NCBI GenBank assembly: GCA_016930055.1
Contig: JAFGHP010000004.1
Location: 1,857 to 65,856 of the forward strand
DNA from: Candidatus Bathyarchaeota archaeon
GTDB taxonomy: Archaea > Thermoproteota > Bathyarchaeia > TCS64
DNA length: 64,000 nucleotides
Reading direction: 5' to 3'
The notes beneath the pieces were generated by a model. It had not been told where the DNA came from. It was given only the letters and a program-made list of their open reading frames with translations, and did no database searches. Positions 60,110 through 64,000 of the stretch are shown here, piece by piece (position 1 is the first letter of the stretch; the number at the start of each line of letters is the position of its first letter). Made by a program: the position numbers and the translations under genes.

Positions 60110-60281
60110 GTATTCCTAAAAATAAACTTTAGAAGGTTCGTTTTTAGTGTAAAGGTGACTTTTTATAAGTTTTAAACCAAACAATTTTTATAGTTTAAAT
60201 AGAGTTAAATCGGAGGCGAAAAACTCGTATAAATTTCCTGCTATCCAACAATTTGGCGAATTATTAGAAGCCATTTATCAC

Positions 60282-61145
60282 ATGATCAGGTTGCCTTCCA
60301 TGCTTGGTTTCACTTCAGCAGCATTAGCTGCTGTTTTATTATCAGGTTCTTTTATTGGGTTTAGATTGGTTTGGTTAATTATTTTCTCAATATTCAGTGC
60401 AGCTTTTGGTTTTGTAGTTAATGATCTATCTGATGCTGAACTTGATAGATCAGCAGGGATAAATAGGAACCCAGTATCCTCCGGTCAGTTAAGTTGGGGA
60501 AGTACAGTAATTATTGCAATAATTTTTTTGTCAATTTCGTTAATATCATTAACACGTTTAAGTGCACAAAACATATTATTAGGATCAATTGTTATTTTTA
60601 TTTATTTAACTTACTCCTGGTTGATACGTGCTAAAAGTAAGCCTATACTAGACGTTGTTTATCATGGACTTTGTTTAGCAGTTTTAGCTGCGATGGGTTT
60701 TACTTTGTATAAGAGTATTTCTTTTTCAAGTATTTATTTTGCTGTGATTGTGTTTTTGTTGTCCTCTATGTCCCAGATTCTTCAAGAGATCAGAGACTAT
60801 GAGACCGATAAAAAAATGATTTCTAACACTGTTATTTTACTTGGTAAACGAAGGTCACTAATTTTATGTTTAAGTTTGTTTTTATTCACTTTACCTTTTC
60901 TGGTTCTGCTAATTCTTAATGGAATCATTTCTCCGAATATGTTGTTTTTATCTCCCTTAACCTACTTTATCATAGCTCCAATCACTAGGGCGTTAATAAA
61001 TGAAAATTATGAAGTAAAGATGTTGAATCAAATAAAACATAGAAGACTAATACTGATAACTCTACTAATTATTGCTTTAATTTTAGATAAGAAAGGAGAA
61101 TATATTTACATTAATTTATCAAGTAAATTATTGAATTTATACTAG
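60282..61145 (+). CDS. UbiA-family prenyltransferase
   Basis: First Asp-rich motif VNDLSDAELDR....NRNPVSSGQLS, and a second motif region QEIRDYETDKK. 8-9 TM. Confidence 0.75.
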   Translation: MIRLPSMLGFTSAALAAVLLSGSFIGFRLVWLIIFSIFSAAFGFVVNDLSDAELDRSAGINRNPVSSGQLSWGSTVIIAIIFLSISLISLTRLSAQNILLGSIVIFIYLTYSWLIRAKSKPILDVVYHGLCLAVLAAMGFTLYKSISFSSIYFAVIVFLLSSMSQILQEIRDYETDKKMISNTVILLGKRRSLILCLSLFLFTLPFLVLLILNGIISPNMLFLSPLTYFIIAPITRALINENYEVKMLNQIKHRRLILITLLIIALILDKKGEYIYINLSSKLLNLY

Positions 61146-61192
61146 ATTCAAATTTATTGGTATTTTTGGAGTCGAGGCGTACCCTGGACCCT

Positions 61193-61603
61193 TTAAATTA
61201 TTTTGTTTAAGAATTTTATGGATAACCTTCTTTCAGTAACTAAACCTACGAGAATATCCTTTGAAGTCACAGCTAATCTTCTGATATTATGTCTATGCAT
61301 CAAATCAATTGCTTCCTTTATGGGACGATTTTCTTCGATAGAAACAAGGGGTTGCGACATAATTTCCTTAGCTGTAGTAAAGTAAACGTTTTTGTTCTGC
61401 ATAATTACTCTTTCTAAAACATCTTTCTCGGTAATTATTCCAACGGGTTTACCTTTATCAACCACTATAACCGCTCCTATGTCCTTAACGACCATATTAC
61501 TCAACACAGTAGAGACTGATTCTGTTGGAGCAACAGTAACTGGTATCCTCATGCAGTCTTTAACAGGCGAGTTAAGTTCCTTGATTAAACCTTCCAAGGA
61601 CAA
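61193..61603 (-). CDS. CBS-pair domain protein
   Basis: Two CBS repeats (VKDCM...GIITEKDVLERV and IMSQPLVSI...IRRLAVTSKDILVGLVT). Confidence 0.85.
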   Translation of the reverse strand: MSLEGLIKELNSPVKDCMRIPVTVAPTESVSTVLSNMVVKDIGAVIVVDKGKPVGIITEKDVLERVIMQNKNVYFTTAKEIMSQPLVSIEENRPIKEAIDLMHRHNIRRLAVTSKDILVGLVTERRLSIKFLNKII

Positions 61604-61693
61604 ATCCTCAACTCCAAAATAAAAATACGATTTCAGATTTATAACACTATTGTTTAGTATTCACAGATTTTTTTATGAGAAAAATTTTGAGAA

Positions 61694-62032
61694 TTATTTT
61701 TCTTGTTCTACAACAACTGCTGTTCCAGTGGCACTTATCAATGTTATCATTTGGTATAGATTTGATGTCTCAATATCTAGTCCAAGGATAGCGTTTGCAC
61801 CCATAGTTGCAGCTTCGCTAATTGCTCTGGAAATTGCTTCGCTCCGTGCTTTCTCAATCTCTGTCGTGAAAGCAGTGACTTCACCACCAACTATGGATTG
61901 CAGTCCACCAACAAACTGTCCTCCCATTCCCCTAGTCCTTGGGCTGAGTCCCGTGACCAAACCAACATACTTCACTATTCTATAACCTGGAATTGATGGT
62001 GTTGTAGTTATTATGAATCTATTTTCACTCAA
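61694..62032 (-). CDS. YbjQ/UPF0145 (DUF74) family protein
   Basis: ITTTPSIPGYRIVKYVGLVTG......GG......ARSEAISRAISEAATMGANAILGLDIE. The antisense ORF 61650..61985 is rejected. Confidence 0.8.
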   Translation of the reverse strand: MSENRFIITTTPSIPGYRIVKYVGLVTGLSPRTRGMGGQFVGGLQSIVGGEVTAFTTEIEKARSEAISRAISEAATMGANAILGLDIETSNLYQMITLISATGTAVVVEQEK

Positions 62033-62317
62033 GGCATTTTCACTCCTAAAATAAAATCAGATTCGTTAGAATTAAGTGATTTCCATATAAAATATGATTC
62101 TATATAGAGAAGATTGGAAAAAAAATTTTACTTATTTCATTATAATATTAATTATTCCTTCATTACGCTGAAGTTTCTCTACAAAAATAATATTTTTTAT
62201 CGGGTAACTAGGGGGAATTTACTACTAGTAATTTAGTTTTTATTTAATTATACTTTAGATGCAATGAACTTAACTGATAAATAGTATAAAAGAGAGAAGT
62301 TTGGTTGTGTTAATTGA

Positions 62318-63133
62318 ATGGAGCTTCCTGAGATCTATCTTCTAAGCAGAGACATGTATAAGGAGCTTAAGGGGAAGACTGTGAATGATGTGGAGGTTAA
62401 GAACGTAAAATGCCTTAACCTTCCCTTTGAAGAGTTCAGAAGCATAATTGTTGGTAAAAAATTCCTTGGTGCTAAACCTAAAGGTAAGTGGGTTTCTCTC
62501 GAAATAGAAGACGAATATACTTTGTTATATAATACTGGTATGGGTGCTAATACAATCTATTATCAGAAAGATGATCAACCCCAAGAGACTTGGCACATAA
62601 AATTCAGGTTCGAAGATGGTTCAGGTTTCACTTCGAGGGTTTGGTGGTTCTGCTATCTTCACCTACTAAAAAACAGTGAATTAGCCAGTCATAAGATGAC
62701 AGCTAAGCTGGGTCCAACTCCCTTAGATAGCGACTTTAGTGAAGATTATCTAAATGGCTTATTTATTGCGAAGAGGAGCTCAGTTAAGAACATTTTAATG
62801 GATCAGAGTAAAGTTGCTGGAATAGGAAATGTGTACATTCATGACCCATTATTCTTAGCTAATGTTCATCCACTTAGACAGGCAAACACAATTACTAGGG
62901 ATGAACTTACGAAGCTTTATGCTAGTATCAAGACAGTAATCAATGAAAGCATCTCTTGTGGTGGATTAGCTTATGAAGTTAATTTTTATGGGGTTAAAGG
63001 AGATTATGGCAAGAATCGTTATAGAGTGGCGTATAAGGAAGGAGAAGCCTGCCCAATCTGTGGAGAAACAATACAGAAAATTAAGACTGGTTCAACAAGC
63101 AGCTACATCTGTCCTAAATGTCAGCCACTTTGA
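62318..63133 (+). CDS. Fpg/Nei-family DNA glycosylase homolog (H2TH plus C-terminal zinc finger), lacking the N-terminal Pro
   Basis: MELPEI (canonical is MPELPEV), PKGKWVSL (compare RRGKYL), the H2TH region LMDQSKVAGIGNVYIHDPLF and CPICG...CPKCQ. Confidence 0.8.
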   Translation: MELPEIYLLSRDMYKELKGKTVNDVEVKNVKCLNLPFEEFRSIIVGKKFLGAKPKGKWVSLEIEDEYTLLYNTGMGANTIYYQKDDQPQETWHIKFRFEDGSGFTSRVWWFCYLHLLKNSELASHKMTAKLGPTPLDSDFSEDYLNGLFIAKRSSVKNILMDQSKVAGIGNVYIHDPLFLANVHPLRQANTITRDELTKLYASIKTVINESISCGGLAYEVNFYGVKGDYGKNRYRVAYKEGEACPICGETIQKIKTGSTSSYICPKCQPL

Positions 63134-63211
63134 TTAACGACGTATAAAATAAACTTGCTTCTTAAAAGAACTCAGTTTAATTATTGGTTTAGTATTTATG
63201 ATTCGGAAGCA

Positions 63212-63844
63212 ATGAATAGTAAACGTCAAAGTATCTATCTAAGTGTTTCATCCCTTATTCTTTTCTCGTTGACAACCATTCTTAGAAACAGCTTTGCTTC
63301 TTTAGATATGAGTGTAAATGCTTGGGCAACTACAGTACATACACCAATAATTACTACTTTAGCAATTTTAATCTCAGAAGTTTTTGAGTTTTATTTCATG
63401 TTAATTGTAACTGTATTGATAGGGGTATATATGTTCATGAAAAACTTGAAAAAGGAGAGCATAATCCTGATGTCTACGATGTTTTTAGTTGTAACAATTA
63501 CTAGGATAATTAAATATCTAACTTTAGTTGAAAGGCCTCTAAATGGTTTAATAGAATCAACAGGATATGCTTATCCAAGTGGGCATGTCACAGGAAGCAT
63601 GGTTTTCTTTAGTATGCTTTTATATGTTTTCTGGGGTCAAATAAGTTCTAATAATAATAAAAAACTATTAACAATTCTATTGATTTTGATTGCTCTGATT
63701 GTTGGATTTGACAGAATATATTTGAATGTACACTGGCTAAGCGATGTCATTGGAGGATACTTACTTGGAACATTCGTAATATCCTCAACAATATATGTTA
63801 ACCAAAATTATGGTAAAATAAAGGAAGTTATGAATAAAATCTAG
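63212..63844 (+). CDS. PAP2-family phosphatase (membrane)
   Basis: PSGH motif YPSGHVTGSM and SRxxxxxHxxxD-type motif DRIYLNVHWLSDVIGG. The ORF track begins at TTG 63155. Confidence 0.75.
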   Translation: MNSKRQSIYLSVSSLILFSLTTILRNSFASLDMSVNAWATTVHTPIITTLAILISEVFEFYFMLIVTVLIGVYMFMKNLKKESIILMSTMFLVVTITRIIKYLTLVERPLNGLIESTGYAYPSGHVTGSMVFFSMLLYVFWGQISSNNNKKLLTILLILIALIVGFDRIYLNVHWLSDVIGGYLLGTFVISSTIYVNQNYGKIKEVMNKI

Positions 63845-63917
63845 TTTTAAAAACTCTTTATAATTCTATTAAAGTTTTGAAAATTAATTTAGATAAATTT
63901 TTTATGTAAAAAATTTT

Positions 63918-64000
63918 TTAGAGCATGAACCAGACATAGTACATTACTGATATGCCAATTATGTTTAAACCTGCTCCTAGGAGAGTGTTTAGTCCCACCA
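63918..64000 (-). CDS. C-terminal fragment of a membrane protein (gene starts beyond the window end)
   Basis: Open frame VGLNTLLGAGLNIIGISVMYYVWFML* running into the window edge. The composition is hydrophobic. Confidence 0.25.
   Translation of the reverse strand, partial: VGLNTLLGAGLNIIGISVMYYVWFML

Overview
This is an AT-rich, densely packed archaeal chromosomal segment. The archaeal call rests on ribosomal protein L35Ae/eL33, a CDC48/VCP AAA ATPase, a WtpABC-type tungstate/molybdate transporter, DUF211, a bifunctional PGI/PMI and an intron-bearing tRNA. I cannot place it more precisely without a database search. I call about 68 protein-coding genes and one tRNA. Several genes appear to use TTG or GTG starts, for example DUF211, USP, alr, wtpA and the UvrA-like gene. 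Content is mostly transport (five MFS genes, Wtp ABC, MscS, VIT), peptide and amino-acid catabolism (metalloproteases, M19 dipeptidase, M81, alanine racemase, BCAT), stress and proteostasis (Hsp20-CDC48, USP), Fe-S assembly (SufC-SufBD) and isoprenoid-lipid genes. I see no rRNA, CRISPR array, transposase, integrase or obvious prophage. The main hunt results follow. (1) A 1613-aa single-chain 'double UvrA' with four complete ABC modules is translationally coupled to a QW-motif alpha/alpha-toroid protein. This is the best candidate for an undescribed system. (2) A membrane-anchored protein with a twin-arginine-like leader and three tandem molybdoenzyme-fold-like domains heads the wtpABC operon. 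(3) A GGR-like, CrtI-like and Tes-like radical-SAM lipid cluster. (4) A tRNA-Met(CAT) carrying a ~32-nt insertion outside the anticodon loop. (5) A RidA gene interrupted by one in-frame TAG. (6) A 25/28-nt conserved element upstream of two paralogous small wHTH genes. All functional calls come from motif recognition by eye. No database search was run.
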